Assembly: GCA_930990975.1 (NCBI GenBank)
Contig: CAKNRR010000003.1
Span: 13,037-77,036, forward strand
DNA length: 64,000 bases
Direction of reading: 5' to 3'
From: an uncultured Clostridia bacterium
GTDB taxonomy: Bacteria > Bacillota > Clostridia > Christensenellales > UBA1242
Part shown: in pieces, positions 54,426 to 64,000 of the stretch
Layout: every line of letters starts with the position of its first letter
Position numbering within the stretch: position 1 is the first letter of the stretch
Made by a program: the position numbers and the translations under genes
Notes under the pieces: model-generated
Seen by the model: the letters and a program-made list of their open reading frames with translations, nothing else
Told to the model about the DNA's origin: nothing
Database searches by the model: none

Positions 54426-54577
54426 TTATCTTCTCCTATCAATCAAGATTGTTTGATTATATCATAGATGTTGAAAAAATTCAAACATATTTAATCTTAA
54501 AATTGACAAAATATTCACATTTTTGTCGCCTTGAATATGGGCTAATTTTAAAAATCACTTGCTTTTTCCCTTATTAT

Positions 54578-54599
54578 TATATATAATATATTATATATA
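54578..54599. repeat. perfect 22-nt A/T palindrome inside a 41-nt pure A/T tract upstream of gyrB
   Basis: 54571-54611 contains only A and T. 54581-54596 ATATAATATATTATAT is self-complementary, and the flanks extend the palindrome to 54578-54599. Confidence 0.8.
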
Positions 54600-54682
54600 T
54601 AATATATATATGTTTTTTATTTTTGTGTAATATTTTTATCGCAAAAAAATCAATTTGAAAATTATTCATCAAGGAGAATTGT

Positions 54683-56785
54683 ATGGAAAAAGATACCCAA
54701 AATATTGAACTTGAAAATGATAGCTTAAACGAAAAAAACATCGATGAACAAAAAGTTGAGAATTCAGAACCTTCTATAGAAAATAAAACTAATCCTAAAG
54801 AAGCTGAAAGCCCTGAAAATGATGTCCAAGCTCAAGAAGAAATCAAAAAAAATGAAGAAGAAATTGGAAAATCAATAAAATATGATGCTGGTGATATTCA
54901 AGTTCTTGAAGGGCTTGAGCCTGTAAGAAAAAGACCAGGAATGTATATCGGCTCAACTGATGAACATGGTCTTCACCACCTTGTAACCGAAGTTGTCGAC
55001 AACTCAATTGATGAAGCTTTGGCTGGATATTGTACAAACATTGAAGTCACAATCAATTTTGATGGCTCTTGTTCTGTCGCAGATAATGGAAGAGGTATTC
55101 CAACTGGAATTATACCTAAAGAAGGGAAAAGCGCTGTTGAAGTCGTTTTAACAAAACTGCATGCCGGCGGGAAGTTTGGTGGAGAAGGATACAAAATTTC
55201 TGGTGGTTTGCACGGGGTTGGTGTTTCTTGCGTCAATGCTCTGTCAAAATATATGAGAGCTGATGTTTATCAAAACAATCAACACTATAAAATCGAATTT
55301 TCTCGTGGAAAAGCCATCACTCCCCTTGAGATTGTTGGCTCTACAAACAGAAGAGGTACAACCATCACATTCCTGCCTGATGAAGAAATTTTTGAAACCA
55401 CTGAATTCAACTTCGACACAATGAAAAACCGCTTTAGAGAAATCGCATTTCTAAATAAAGGTCTTGTCATCTCACTCGAAGACAAGAGAGAAGGACAAGA
55501 ACGCAAAGAGGTGTTTGAATTTAAAGGTGGTATTGTTGAATTTGTTGACTATTTGAATAAGAATCGTGACACTTTGCTTGCTGCGCCTGTTTATTTTAAT
55601 AAATTCAACAGAAATGAAAAAGGCGAACTTGAAAACGAAATTGAAGTTTGCTTCCAATTCAATGAGGGATACAGTGAAGTTATAAATGCCTATGCAAACA
55701 ACATCAACACAGAGGAAGGCGGAACACATCTTGACGGTTTTAAAGCTGGGCTTACAAAAGTCATAAATGATTATGCTATCAAAAATAAAATCATAAAAGA
55801 CAATGAAAAGTTGTCTGGCGAAGACTGCCGTGAAGGTATTACAGCTGTCATAAGTGTTAAACTTCGAAATCCTCAATTTGAAGGACAAACAAAAACTAAA
55901 CTCGGCAATAGCGAAATGAGAAACATTGTTTATAAAGCTATGGTTGATGAGTTTGGAGATTATCTCGAACAACACCCTGTTGAGAGCAAAAACCTTATTA
56001 TGAAAAGCATAACCGCTCAAAGAGCGAGAGATGCTGCAAGAAACGCAAGAGAGTTGACAAGACGAAAGAGTGTCCTTGAAAATACTACCCTTCCAGGAAA
56101 ACTTGCTGACTGTAGTGAAAAAAATAGGAAATATTGTGAAATCTATATCGTCGAGGGAGATTCTGCGGGTGGTACTGCAAAAACAGGAAGAGATCGAAGA
56201 TTTCAAGCCATTTTGCCTTTGAGAGGTAAGATTTTGAATGTTGAAAAAGCAAGACTCAATAAGATTCTTGAAAACAACGAAATCAAATCTATGATCACCG
56301 CTTTTGGATGTGGAATCGGAAGTGAATTTAATGAAGATAAACTTAGATATGACAAGATTATTTGTATGACCGATGCCGATGTCGATGGTGCACATATTAG
56401 AATATTGCTTTTAACATTCTTCTTCAGATATATGCGTCCTTTGATTGAACATGGCCATGTATATGCCGCAAAACCACCTCTTTATAAGGTTACAAAAGGC
56501 AAAGAAGAATATTACTTCTATTCCGATGAAGAACTTAACGCATGGAAAGCAAACGGAAATGATCGTGGATATCCACAACAACGCTACAAAGGTCTTGGTG
56601 AAATGAGTGCCGATCAGCTTTGGGAAACCACAATGGACCCAGAACATCGTATTCTTATTCAGCTGACTATGGAAGATGCTATTGAAGCTGAAAAATACTT
56701 CAATGACCTTATGGGAGAAGATAGCGAACTGCGTCGTAAATTCATTGAAGAAAATGCTACACTTGTCGATGACCTTGATATTTAA
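54683..56785 (+). CDS. gyrB: DNA gyrase subunit B (with a roughly 60-aa E/N/K-rich N-terminal extension)
   Basis: LEGLEPVRKRPGMYIGST, GGLHGVG, EIYIVEGDSAGG, PLRGKILNVEKA, MTDADVDGAHI. Confidence 0.98.
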   Translation: MEKDTQNIELENDSLNEKNIDEQKVENSEPSIENKTNPKEAESPENDVQAQEEIKKNEEEIGKSIKYDAGDIQVLEGLEPVRKRPGMYIGSTDEHGLHHLVTEVVDNSIDEALAGYCTNIEVTINFDGSCSVADNGRGIPTGIIPKEGKSAVEVVLTKLHAGGKFGGEGYKISGGLHGVGVSCVNALSKYMRADVYQNNQHYKIEFSRGKAITPLEIVGSTNRRGTTITFLPDEEIFETTEFNFDTMKNRFREIAFLNKGLVISLEDKREGQERKEVFEFKGGIVEFVDYLNKNRDTLLAAPVYFNKFNRNEKGELENEIEVCFQFNEGYSEVINAYANNINTEEGGTHLDGFKAGLTKVINDYAIKNKIIKDNEKLSGEDCREGITAVISVKLRNPQFEGQTKTKLGNSEMRNIVYKAMVDEFGDYLEQHPVESKNLIMKSITAQRARDAARNARELTRRKSVLENTTLPGKLADCSEKNRKYCEIYIVEGDSAGGTAKTGRDRRFQAILPLRGKILNVEKARLNKILENNEIKSMITAFGCGIGSEFNEDKLRYDKIICMTDADVDGAHIRILLLTFFFRYMRPLIEHGHVYAAKPPLYKVTKGKEEYYFYSDEELNAWKANGNDRGYPQQRYKGLGEMSADQLWETTMDPEHRILIQLTMEDAIEAEKYFNDLMGEDSELRRKFIEENATLVDDLDI

Positions 56786-57225
56786 TAAATTAAATTTAGC
56801 AATATTCTTATTTTACAATGCAATTAATTTAAATAATTCAAAGTTAAAATAAAAATATAAGATTATGGAAGAGAAATCCCCATAAAAAAATTGCTAAAAA
56901 ACTTATTGACACTTTTGACAAACAATCTCAAATACTATGTAGTGAAAAATGCTTGAACTTATTAAAGAGTTTTTTAAATATTATAATGTCAAAAGCAATG
57001 AAAACAACCAAGATAAACTTGAAATAGTTAAAGCAAACATCATTGAAAAAACTGCCACTATTAATAACTGCTGAGCAAAATAAACTTTTGTCTGCAAGTT
57101 GATGAAATGATGGATAGTTTAAGCGTGATGCAAAACAAACTGCAAAAATTGTTTTAAGAATTATGAAAATAAAAATCAAATGTTTTTTAAAAATTACACC
57201 TTTAAAACATAAATAGGAGCGAAAA

Positions 57226-59859
57226 ATGGAGCATGAAAGCAAAAAGTCTTTGGAAGAAATTTTCCAAGACACTAAAGTTGAAAAAGTTGATACAGTAGAC
57301 AACCTTAAAAGGTCGTTTATTTCTTATGCAATGGCAGTCAATGTGTCGCGTGCTATTCCCGATGTGCGTGACGGACTTAAGCCTGTGCATAGACGCATAC
57401 TTTATGCTATGGGTGAAATGAACAACTTTTATGACAAGCCTACCAAAAAGTGTGCAAGAATTGTCGGCGATGTTATGGGTAAATATCACCCACATGGTGA
57501 CAGTTCAGTTTATGACGCTATGGTTCGTCTTGCACAAGACTTCTCAATAAGATACCCTCTTGTTGACGGGCAAGGTAACTTTGGTTCAGTTGACGGTGAC
57601 CCTCCTGCTGCTATGCGTTATACAGAAGCAAGACTTTCAAAAATTGCTGGACTTATGCTAGAAGACATAGACAAAAATACAGTTGACTTCTACCCTAACT
57701 TTGATAACACTCTTATGCAACCAGCTGTCCTTCCAGCAAAAATACCAAATCTGCTTATAAATGGTTCTGATGGTATTGCCGTTGGTATGGCAACAAATAT
57801 CCCACCACACAATCTTACTGAAGTTTTAAATGGCCTGCAAGCTCTTATTGACAACCCTGATATTGATATTGATGAGCTTATTAAAATCATACCTGCCCCT
57901 GATTTCCCTACTGGTGGTATCATCATGGGACGAACTGCTGTTAAACACGCATACAAAACAGGTCGTGGCGGAATTGTTGTTCGTGGAAAGGCTGAAATTG
58001 AAGAAACTGCAAGTGGACGAAGCAGAATCATTATTACAGAGCTTCCTTATCAAGTAAATAAAGCTCAGCTTATCGTACAAATGGCTGACCTTGTAAAAAA
58101 TAAAAGACTAGACGGAATAAGTGACATAAAAGAAGAATCTGACCGCAAAGGTATGAGAATTGTTATTGATATCAAAAAAGATTTCAATGCTCAAGTTGTG
58201 CTTAACTCTCTTTATAAGCAAACTCAACTTCAAAAAAGCAGTGGTATAATATTCCTTGCTCTTGTAAATGGAACTCCACGAATTTTAAACCTTAAGGAAA
58301 TGCTTTATTATTACCTTGAACATCAAAAAGAGGTATTGACAAGAAAAACTCAATATGAACTTGAAAAAGCAAAAGAGAGAGAACATATTGTAAGAGGTTT
58401 GGTCATTGCCCTTGCAAATATTGATGAAGTTATCCAAATAATCAAATCTTCTGAAGATAAACAAGAGGCTTCTATAAAACTTACACAAAACTTTGAACTT
58501 GACGAAATTCAAGCTAATGCAATACTTGAAATGAAATTGTCAAGATTGACTTCTCTTGAAGTTGAAAAACTTAATGAAGAACTCCGTCAACTTAACGCAC
58601 TTATAATTGACCTTGAAGATATACTTGCAACACCTGCACGCGTTCTTAAAATCTTAAGAGACAACTTTGAAGAAATCAAATATAAATTTGGTGATGCAAG
58701 AAAAACCGAAATCAGTCTTGATGCTGGCGGAATTGATATTGCAGACCTTATCGAAAAAGAAGATGTTGTAATCTCAATGACTCACCAGGGATATATCAAG
58801 CGTATGTCTACAAGTGAATATAAATCTCAAAACCGTGGAGGCGTTGGTGTTTCTGCCCACAAAACTAAAGAAGAAGACTTCATTGAAAACATGTTTGTAA
58901 CATCTACGCATGACGACCTGCTCTTCTTCACCAATAAAGGAAGAGTTTATTGCATAAAAGCTTATGAAGTGCCTGAAGCTCAAAAAGCTGCTAAAGGAAG
59001 AGCTATCATAAACTTGCTTATGCTTAGCGAAGGCGAAAAAGTCACAACTATGATTCCTCGCAAAGAAAACGCTTCAGGAAATCTCATCATGGCTACAAAA
59101 AATGGACTTATTAAGAAAACTCGTCTTGAAGAGTTTGAATCAATAAGAAAAGTTGGTAAAATTGCAATTAAATTGCTTGAAAACGATGAACTTATTGGTG
59201 TTGAGGTTTCAAGTGGCGAAGATGATATTTTGGTTGCTTCTCATAGTGGAAAATGCATAAGATTCAACGAAAAAGATGTCCGTAATATGGGAAGAGATAG
59301 CCAAGGTGTGCGTAGTATGAAATTAAGCGATGATGACTATATCGTTGATATGGCTATTGTTAAACCAAATACTCAAATAATCACCATTTCTGAAAATGGC
59401 TATGGCAAACGCTCTGATGTCGACGAATACAGACTTCAAACTCGTGGCGGAAAAGGTGTAAAAGCTGGCGTGTTTAACAAAAAGACAGGAAACCTTGTTG
59501 CCTTAAAACAATCAGTCCTTGAAGATGACATCCTATTGATTGCTGACAATGGTATTGTGATTCGAACACCAATTGAACAAATAAGCTCTATCTCAAGAGT
59601 AAGTCAAGGTGTCAAAGTTATGCGTTTGAAAGACGAAAACAAGATTGTCGGTGTCGCTTTAGTCAAAAAGGAAGAAGAGAACAACGAAGAAAATGTTTTA
59701 AGTGAAAATGCTGGAAATATTAATGAAAATGAACAGACTTTGGCTACTGAAGCTAGCGAAAGTGAAAATAACTTGACAAATGTTGAAAAAAGTGATATGC
59801 TTGACAATCAAAACGACAATTATCAAGCTGATGATAGTGATAATGAAACTGATGACTAA
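57226..59859 (+). CDS. gyrA: DNA gyrase subunit A (with an acidic C-terminal tail)
   Basis: [44 protein letters not shown] (catalytic Tyr). beta-pinwheel CTD. Roughly 60-aa E/N/D tail. Confidence 0.98.
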   Translation: MEHESKKSLEEIFQDTKVEKVDTVDNLKRSFISYAMAVNVSRAIPDVRDGLKPVHRRILYAMGEMNNFYDKPTKKCARIVGDVMGKYHPHGDSSVYDAMVRLAQDFSIRYPLVDGQGNFGSVDGDPPAAMRYTEARLSKIAGLMLEDIDKNTVDFYPNFDNTLMQPAVLPAKIPNLLINGSDGIAVGMATNIPPHNLTEVLNGLQALIDNPDIDIDELIKIIPAPDFPTGGIIMGRTAVKHAYKTGRGGIVVRGKAEIEETASGRSRIIITELPYQVNKAQLIVQMADLVKNKRLDGISDIKEESDRKGMRIVIDIKKDFNAQVVLNSLYKQTQLQKSSGIIFLALVNGTPRILNLKEMLYYYLEHQKEVLTRKTQYELEKAKEREHIVRGLVIALANIDEVIQIIKSSEDKQEASIKLTQNFELDEIQANAILEMKLSRLTSLEVEKLNEELRQLNALIIDLEDILATPARVLKILRDNFEEIKYKFGDARKTEISLDAGGIDIADLIEKEDVVISMTHQGYIKRMSTSEYKSQNRGGVGVSAHKTKEEDFIENMFVTSTHDDLLFFTNKGRVYCIKAYEVPEAQKAAKGRAIINLLMLSEGEKVTTMIPRKENASGNLIMATKNGLIKKTRLEEFESIRKVGKIAIKLLENDELIGVEVSSGEDDILVASHSGKCIRFNEKDVRNMGRDSQGVRSMKLSDDDYIVDMAIVKPNTQIITISENGYGKRSDVDEYRLQTRGGKGVKAGVFNKKTGNLVALKQSVLEDDILLIADNGIVIRTPIEQISSISRVSQGVKVMRLKDENKIVGVALVKKEEENNEENVLSENAGNINENEQTLATEASESENNLTNVEKSDMLDNQNDNYQADDSDNETDD

Positions 59860-59954
59860 CCTAATTAAAAAAAGAGTGTGCTTGTAAATTTATTTTGGAT
59901 TTTTATTAAAATGCTCTTAACAACTTTATGATTTTAGTTTATTTATACCAGCTT

Positions 59955-60050
59955 GGGCTGTGAAGGAATTTTTAACCATGTTAAAAATTATCAAAACAAC
60001 ATGTTGTTTTGATTTGGAGCGAGGCGCTCCAACTTCACAGCCCTTTTTGT
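59955..60050 (+). other. perfect four-way-junction element (11-bp closing stem plus three hairpins) followed by a T-run; complex terminator or structured RNA
   Basis: GGGCTGTGAAG (59955-59965) pairs with CTTCACAGCCC (60033-60043). Inside: H1 59967-59989 (10 bp), H2 59990-60013 (10 bp), H3 60014-60032 (8 bp). All stems are perfect and abut one another. Then TTTTTGTT. Confidence 0.7.
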
Positions 60051-60098
60051 TGCGTATGTCACTACACTACTTAAATTATCGTGAATAGGGAGGAAAAA

Positions 60099-62153
60099 TT
60101 GGATATAAAAGAAAAAGAACATCTTGAAAAAACATTAAAAGTCATTGATAAAAAGATAATAGAAAGCCAAGAAAAACTTAAAAATATAGGAGATAAGTTA
60201 AAACACGAAGTCAGCGACCTTGCTGAAAACTTTCATGACAAACGATCTGACCTTTCTTCCATTTATAGCAACTTGGCAGTTATCGAATCACTTGAGAGAG
60301 ATATCGCAAAAGAATCTAAGCGTCTTAACTTACAAAAAGATCACCCTTATTTTGCCCGTATTGATTTTTTACCTAAAAATAAAAAAACAGCACAAAAGGT
60401 TTATATCGGTATTGGAAATCTTATAGAAGATAACAAATTATATGTTGCCGACTGGCGTGCACCTATTTCTTCTATGTATTACGACTTTAATCTAGGCCCT
60501 GCCAGCTTCAAAATTGGAACAACAGAATATAGTGGAGAACTTCAACTCAAAAGACAATATAAAATTGAAGATGGGCAACTTATATCATATTTTGACACTG
60601 ATATGACCATCAATGATGAAATCTTGCAAGAAATTTTGTCACACAATGTTTCTGTAAAAATGAAACAAATTGTTTCAACTATTCAAAGAGAACAAAATAT
60701 TATTGTCCGCAAAGACAAAGCTGAAAATATGCTTGTTCAAGGTGTTGCAGGCTCTGGCAAAACTTCAATAGCCCTGCATAGAGCTGCTTATTTGCTTTAT
60801 AAACATAGAGGTCAAATAAAAAGCAATGATATCTTAATTATTTCCCCTAACAACATTTTCTCAAGCTATATAAGTGAAGTTTTGCCACAGCTTGGCGAAG
60901 ATAATCTGGTTGAAACAACTTTTGAGCAAATTGCAAGAGCAGAATTAAAACGCCCTATTCAATCTCGTGAAAATATGCTTGATGAAATAGCTTCAAATCC
61001 TAATCAAGAAATGCTTAATGAGATTTCTTATAAGTCATCGTATGAATATCTTGATAGTTTATTAAGATTTTTGAAAGGTTCGTTTTTGGAAACATTTTCC
61101 CCTCAAAATCTTTCTTATGTTGTTTATGAAGATATTGACGGAAATAAAGAAACCATTGATTTTCCTGCAGAGCAAACAAAAAATTTATTCTTCAAAACCT
61201 TCAAAGGTCTTGATTTGTATGAAAGAATAAATAAAATCGCATGGCAATATGCTATGGTATTTACAGAAAAGCGCCATTATACAAAAGAACAAAACAAAGG
61301 CTTAAGAGATAGATTTAAAAAAATCTTATACCGTTTCCTTCCTATAAGAGATGTTGAAAAAATACATCAAATTTTTATGGCAAGAGAAAACTTGAAAATA
61401 AGCAAAAAATCCACCATAAATTATATGGATAAAGGAACTTATCTTGCAATTAAGTATTTCTTGTATGGCTTTGATCATGATTTTTCTGCAAAATATCTGA
61501 TTATTGATGAAATGCAAGATTTTACTCCTGTTGATATCTACCTTTTCAGAAAATTATGGAACTGTCCTTGCATTGTTCTTGGAGATGTCAATCAATGTAT
61601 TGAAAAGAATGTATCAGATGAATACTTGCAATTGACTGCTGACTTTTTGGGCTGTAAACTTGTCGAACTCAACAAAACTTATCGTTCAACAAAAGAAATT
61701 GCAGAATTTGCAAATAATATTATTGGTCTTAAAGGTGTTGAATTTGTAAATAGAAGTGGGCAAGAACCTATATTATATAAAACACAAAATCAAGAAGAAA
61801 CCATCAAAGATATAATCAACAGCCAATGTCAGGATTATGACCACATAGCAATCATTTGCAAATGCAACAGCGAAGCAAAAGAATTGTATAAAAAACTATC
61901 ACCTATTTTAGATTGCACAATGATAGAAGAGCCTGAAGATTATAACAACAGAATTTTAATAACAACTTGCGCTACTGCTAAAGGAATTGAATTTGACGCA
62001 GTTATCATACCAAATGCAAGCCGAGAAAACTATAAAAACACCATTGATAAGAATATTTTATATGTTTCATCGACTAGAGCGCTTCACAAACTATTTTTCA
62101 CAACGAGTGATGAACCAACACATTTGCTAAAGAATATTTATACAAAATCATAG
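60099..62153 (+). CDS. helD: UvrD/Rep-superfamily helicase, HelD (helicase IV)-like
   Basis: Probable TTG start at 60099, 7 nt after AGGGAGGA (the track GTG at 60081 overlaps the SD). N-terminal coiled-coil, YFARIDF...VYIGIGNL...VADWRAPISSMYYDF. Walker A GVAGSGKTS, DEMQD, YRST, C-terminal GIEFD...LYVSSTRA. Confidence 0.75.
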   Translation: MDIKEKEHLEKTLKVIDKKIIESQEKLKNIGDKLKHEVSDLAENFHDKRSDLSSIYSNLAVIESLERDIAKESKRLNLQKDHPYFARIDFLPKNKKTAQKVYIGIGNLIEDNKLYVADWRAPISSMYYDFNLGPASFKIGTTEYSGELQLKRQYKIEDGQLISYFDTDMTINDEILQEILSHNVSVKMKQIVSTIQREQNIIVRKDKAENMLVQGVAGSGKTSIALHRAAYLLYKHRGQIKSNDILIISPNNIFSSYISEVLPQLGEDNLVETTFEQIARAELKRPIQSRENMLDEIASNPNQEMLNEISYKSSYEYLDSLLRFLKGSFLETFSPQNLSYVVYEDIDGNKETIDFPAEQTKNLFFKTFKGLDLYERINKIAWQYAMVFTEKRHYTKEQNKGLRDRFKKILYRFLPIRDVEKIHQIFMARENLKISKKSTINYMDKGTYLAIKYFLYGFDHDFSAKYLIIDEMQDFTPVDIYLFRKLWNCPCIVLGDVNQCIEKNVSDEYLQLTADFLGCKLVELNKTYRSTKEIAEFANNIIGLKGVEFVNRSGQEPILYKTQNQEETIKDIINSQCQDYDHIAIICKCNSEAKELYKKLSPILDCTMIEEPEDYNNRILITTCATAKGIEFDAVIIPNASRENYKNTIDKNILYVSSTRALHKLFFTTSDEPTHLLKNIYTKS

Positions 62154-62308
62154 TCAAAAATGAATAATTTAGTCTATAAATTTGCATAAATTTGATTATG
62201 TAAAAACTTCGATTTTCGTTTGTCAAGTTTTTGAAAAAGTTTTTTATATCAATTTCAAGATTTTTCCTTGAAATTGAACCGCAAAAACCTCTTTCCACAA
62301 AATTTTAA

Positions 62309-62325
62309 TGTGGAAATGTGGATAA
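62309..62325 (-). promoter_or_regulatory. DnaA-box pair 1 (imperfect plus perfect)
   Basis: TGTGGAAATGTGGATAA. 62317-62325 is the reverse complement of the consensus TTATCCACA (9/9). 62309-62317 matches 7/9. Confidence 0.7.
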
Positions 62326-62366
62326 CTTATGCGGAAAAGTGGTCTGAACTGCCAATATTCAGCATT

Positions 62367-62395
62367 TTGCATAAAAATAAGTAGTTCTGTATAAT
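62367..62395 (+). promoter_or_regulatory. near-consensus sigma-A promoter bracketed by DnaA boxes
   Basis: -35 TTGCAT (62367-62372), 17-nt spacer, -10 TATAAT (62390-62395). Confidence 0.5.
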
Positions 62396-62403
62396 TATTT
62401 ATA

Positions 62404-62420
62404 TGTGGAAATGTGGATAA
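62404..62420 (-). promoter_or_regulatory. DnaA-box pair 2 (identical 17-mer)
   Basis: The same TGTGGAAATGTGGATAA, 95 bp downstream of pair 1, beginning about 9 nt after the -10 element. The perfect box is at 62412-62420. Confidence 0.7.
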
Positions 62421-62870
62421 CTCACTGTGGGCAACTTTTATTGTCTTTTGCAAAATTTTGTCTAAATTTTGTAAAAAATGGTAAATTTCAATCTTCTCTT
62501 TTATTAATAATTGGTTGATAATTTTTTAATAACTAACTTACGATTTTTGCCACTTTTCACTTTTGTCTTGAATTAATTAAGACTCCCCTATTCATTCAAA
62601 ATATTTATGTTGTAATTTTATAATTATGCTGTAATCATTTTGTTTTTATACGATTTTTATTTATCATATTATTGTAATAAAAACATTTAAAAAATTATAA
62701 AGAAAACATGTTTTAAGCAAAGAAAATGCTTATTTTCTAAATTTTATATGAATTTGCAAGCTTTTTTGATTTTTTTATAGATCCATCATGCACATAAAGC
62801 TTGTATCATCAATTTAACAAAATTCAGCTATTTTCTTTATACTTTAATCTATTATTTATAAGGAGCTATT

Positions 62871-64000
62871 ATGTCTAACAACAAACTTATAACACCACGA
62901 AAATTGTCAGGTTTTATGGAATTGCCTCCATATAAACAACTTATACTTGACGAAATGATATCAAAAATCAAAAATGTATATGAAAAGCACGCATTTATGC
63001 CTCTTGACACCCCTGTTCTTGAATATAGTGAGATTCTCATGGCTAAGTCTGGCGGAGCAATTGATAAAGAAGTATACAACTTTAAAAAAGGCGACACTGA
63101 CATATGCATGAGATATGACCTTACTGTACCTTTAGCAAGATATGTGGCAATGAATGCAAATGAAATCTCATTCCCATTCAAAAGATATCAAATCGGAAAA
63201 GTATATCGTGGAGAAAAAGCACAAAAAGGTCGTTTTAGAGAATTTATACAATGTGATGCAGATATAGTTGGACTTGATGAACTTCCTATTGTTGCCGATG
63301 CAGAATGCCTCGCCCTTGTAGACAAAGTCTTTGCTGCACTTAATCTCAAAATACTCAACCATATCTCCAACAGAAATATTTTGTTTGGCTATTGCGAGGC
63401 TTTAGGATATAGCGACAAAGTCCAAGATATTCTTACTATTCTTGACAAAATAAACAAAATTGGCAAAGATAATGCCATAGAAGAACTTATAAAACTTGAT
63501 GTAAAAAATGAGGATTGTGATAATTTGATTAATTTAACACTCAAAGCCGGCTCTTTTGGACAAATTTTAAAGGAAATTGAGAATTTGACTGATAATGCCA
63601 CCTACCAAAAAGGTGTCAGTGAATTGAAAGAAGTCTACTCTTATTTGACTGCTATGGGCGTAAATGAAGACAACTATATTCTTGATATAGGAATAATTAG
63701 AGGACAAAACTATTATACTGGAACAGTGTTTGAAGCAATGATTCCACAACATCCTGAATTTATGACAGTTTGCGGTGGTGGAAGATATGACAATTTGGCA
63801 GGATATTACACTGATAAAAAAATGCCTGGTGTTGGACTAAGTATTGGTCTTACAAGATTGTTTGACCTTTTGGACCAAAACAATATGTTACCAGAATTTA
63901 AAGTCACAAATATTGATTTGCAACTTATTCCTATGGGTGATACCCTATGCGAATGCTTGACTCTTCAAAAATTTTTCTCTGAAAAATGCGTTTGCGATGT
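62871..64000 (+). CDS. hisS: histidyl-tRNA synthetase (3' end outside window)
   Basis: SD AAGGAG. Hand translation stays open to nt 64000. MRYDLTVPLARY, FKRYQIGKVYRGEKAQKGRFREFIQCDADIVG (motif 2), CGGGRYDNL (motif 3). Absent from the track because there is no stop in the window. Confidence 0.93.
   Translation, partial: MSNNKLITPRKLSGFMELPPYKQLILDEMISKIKNVYEKHAFMPLDTPVLEYSEILMAKSGGAIDKEVYNFKKGDTDICMRYDLTVPLARYVAMNANEISFPFKRYQIGKVYRGEKAQKGRFREFIQCDADIVGLDELPIVADAECLALVDKVFAALNLKILNHISNRNILFGYCEALGYSDKVQDILTILDKINKIGKDNAIEELIKLDVKNEDCDNLINLTLKAGSFGQILKEIENLTDNATYQKGVSELKEVYSYLTAMGVNEDNYILDIGIIRGQNYYTGTVFEAMIPQHPEFMTVCGGGRYDNLAGYYTDKKMPGVGLSIGLTRLFDLLDQNNMLPEFKVTNIDLQLIPMGDTLCECLTLQKFFSEKCVCD

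Noticed and set aside
55472-56395. A 307-aa minus-strand ORF, the largest unassigned ORF in the track.
   Set aside because: It lies entirely antisense to gyrB and has low-complexity Phe/Ile/Ser composition. gyrB is unambiguous, and purine-rich sense strands commonly leave long open antisense frames.
56786-57225. The 440-bp gap between gyrB and gyrA, containing a 41-codon ORF (ATG 56949, MLELIKEFFKYYNV...) and an antisense 124-aa ORF (56928..57302).
   Set aside because: The 41-codon ORF has no convincing SD. The two TTGACA copies at 56906 and 56915 have no properly spaced -10 element. The 124-aa ORF overlaps the gyrA start in antisense. I could not identify a structured element or a gene remnant. 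I noted only that the gap is unusually long.
62421-62870. A possible T-box leader upstream of hisS.
   Set aside because: No T-box consensus (AGGGTGGNACCGCG-like) or specifier-loop architecture is visible. The region is nearly structureless A/T-rich sequence.

Overview
The window is a low-GC (about 30% by eye) Firmicutes/Mollicutes-like chromosomal segment. It uses the standard code: every long ORF is intact with TGA as stop and TGG as Trp. I call about 45 protein genes and 2 tRNAs (Ser-CGA and initiator fMet). I found no rRNA, no CRISPR array, and no transposase, integrase or phage genes.

Recognisable core genes:
- hup, lepB, queH, ppa
- rplA, rplK, nusG, secE, rpmG (rpmG was missed by the ORF track), then secA
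- ychF, mrnC, rlmB, sigH, a MetRS-like gene
- gyrB, gyrA, a HelD-like helicase, and hisS (runs off the 3' edge)

Accessory or unusual content:
- A surface-associated gene neighbourhood at 5.8-11 kb: two paralogous two-TM mini-proteins, helical proteins, a BclA-like collagen protein and a transglutaminase-like protein.
- A 2858-aa tail-anchored surface protein made of divergent Ig-like modules, next to a GT2-TPR glycosyltransferase.
- Two large lineage-specific proteins (772 aa soluble, 1815 aa with an acidic Pro-rich linker and a central TM hairpin) between secA and ychF. This pair is my best candidate for an undescribed system.

Non-coding signals worth checking:
- Roughly 137-bp tandem structured repeats upstream of hup.
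- A leader-peptide plus twin-hairpin attenuator in front of an ABC exporter.
- A perfect four-way-junction element after gyrA.
- Duplicated perfect DnaA boxes bracketing a consensus promoter between helD and hisS.
- A/T-only spacers with 20-bp periodicity.
- A single roughly 15.5-kb inversion that explains the split of the conserved mrnC-rlmB-sigH-rpmG-secE-nusG-rplKA synteny.

All functional calls rest on motif recognition by eye. No database search was possible.
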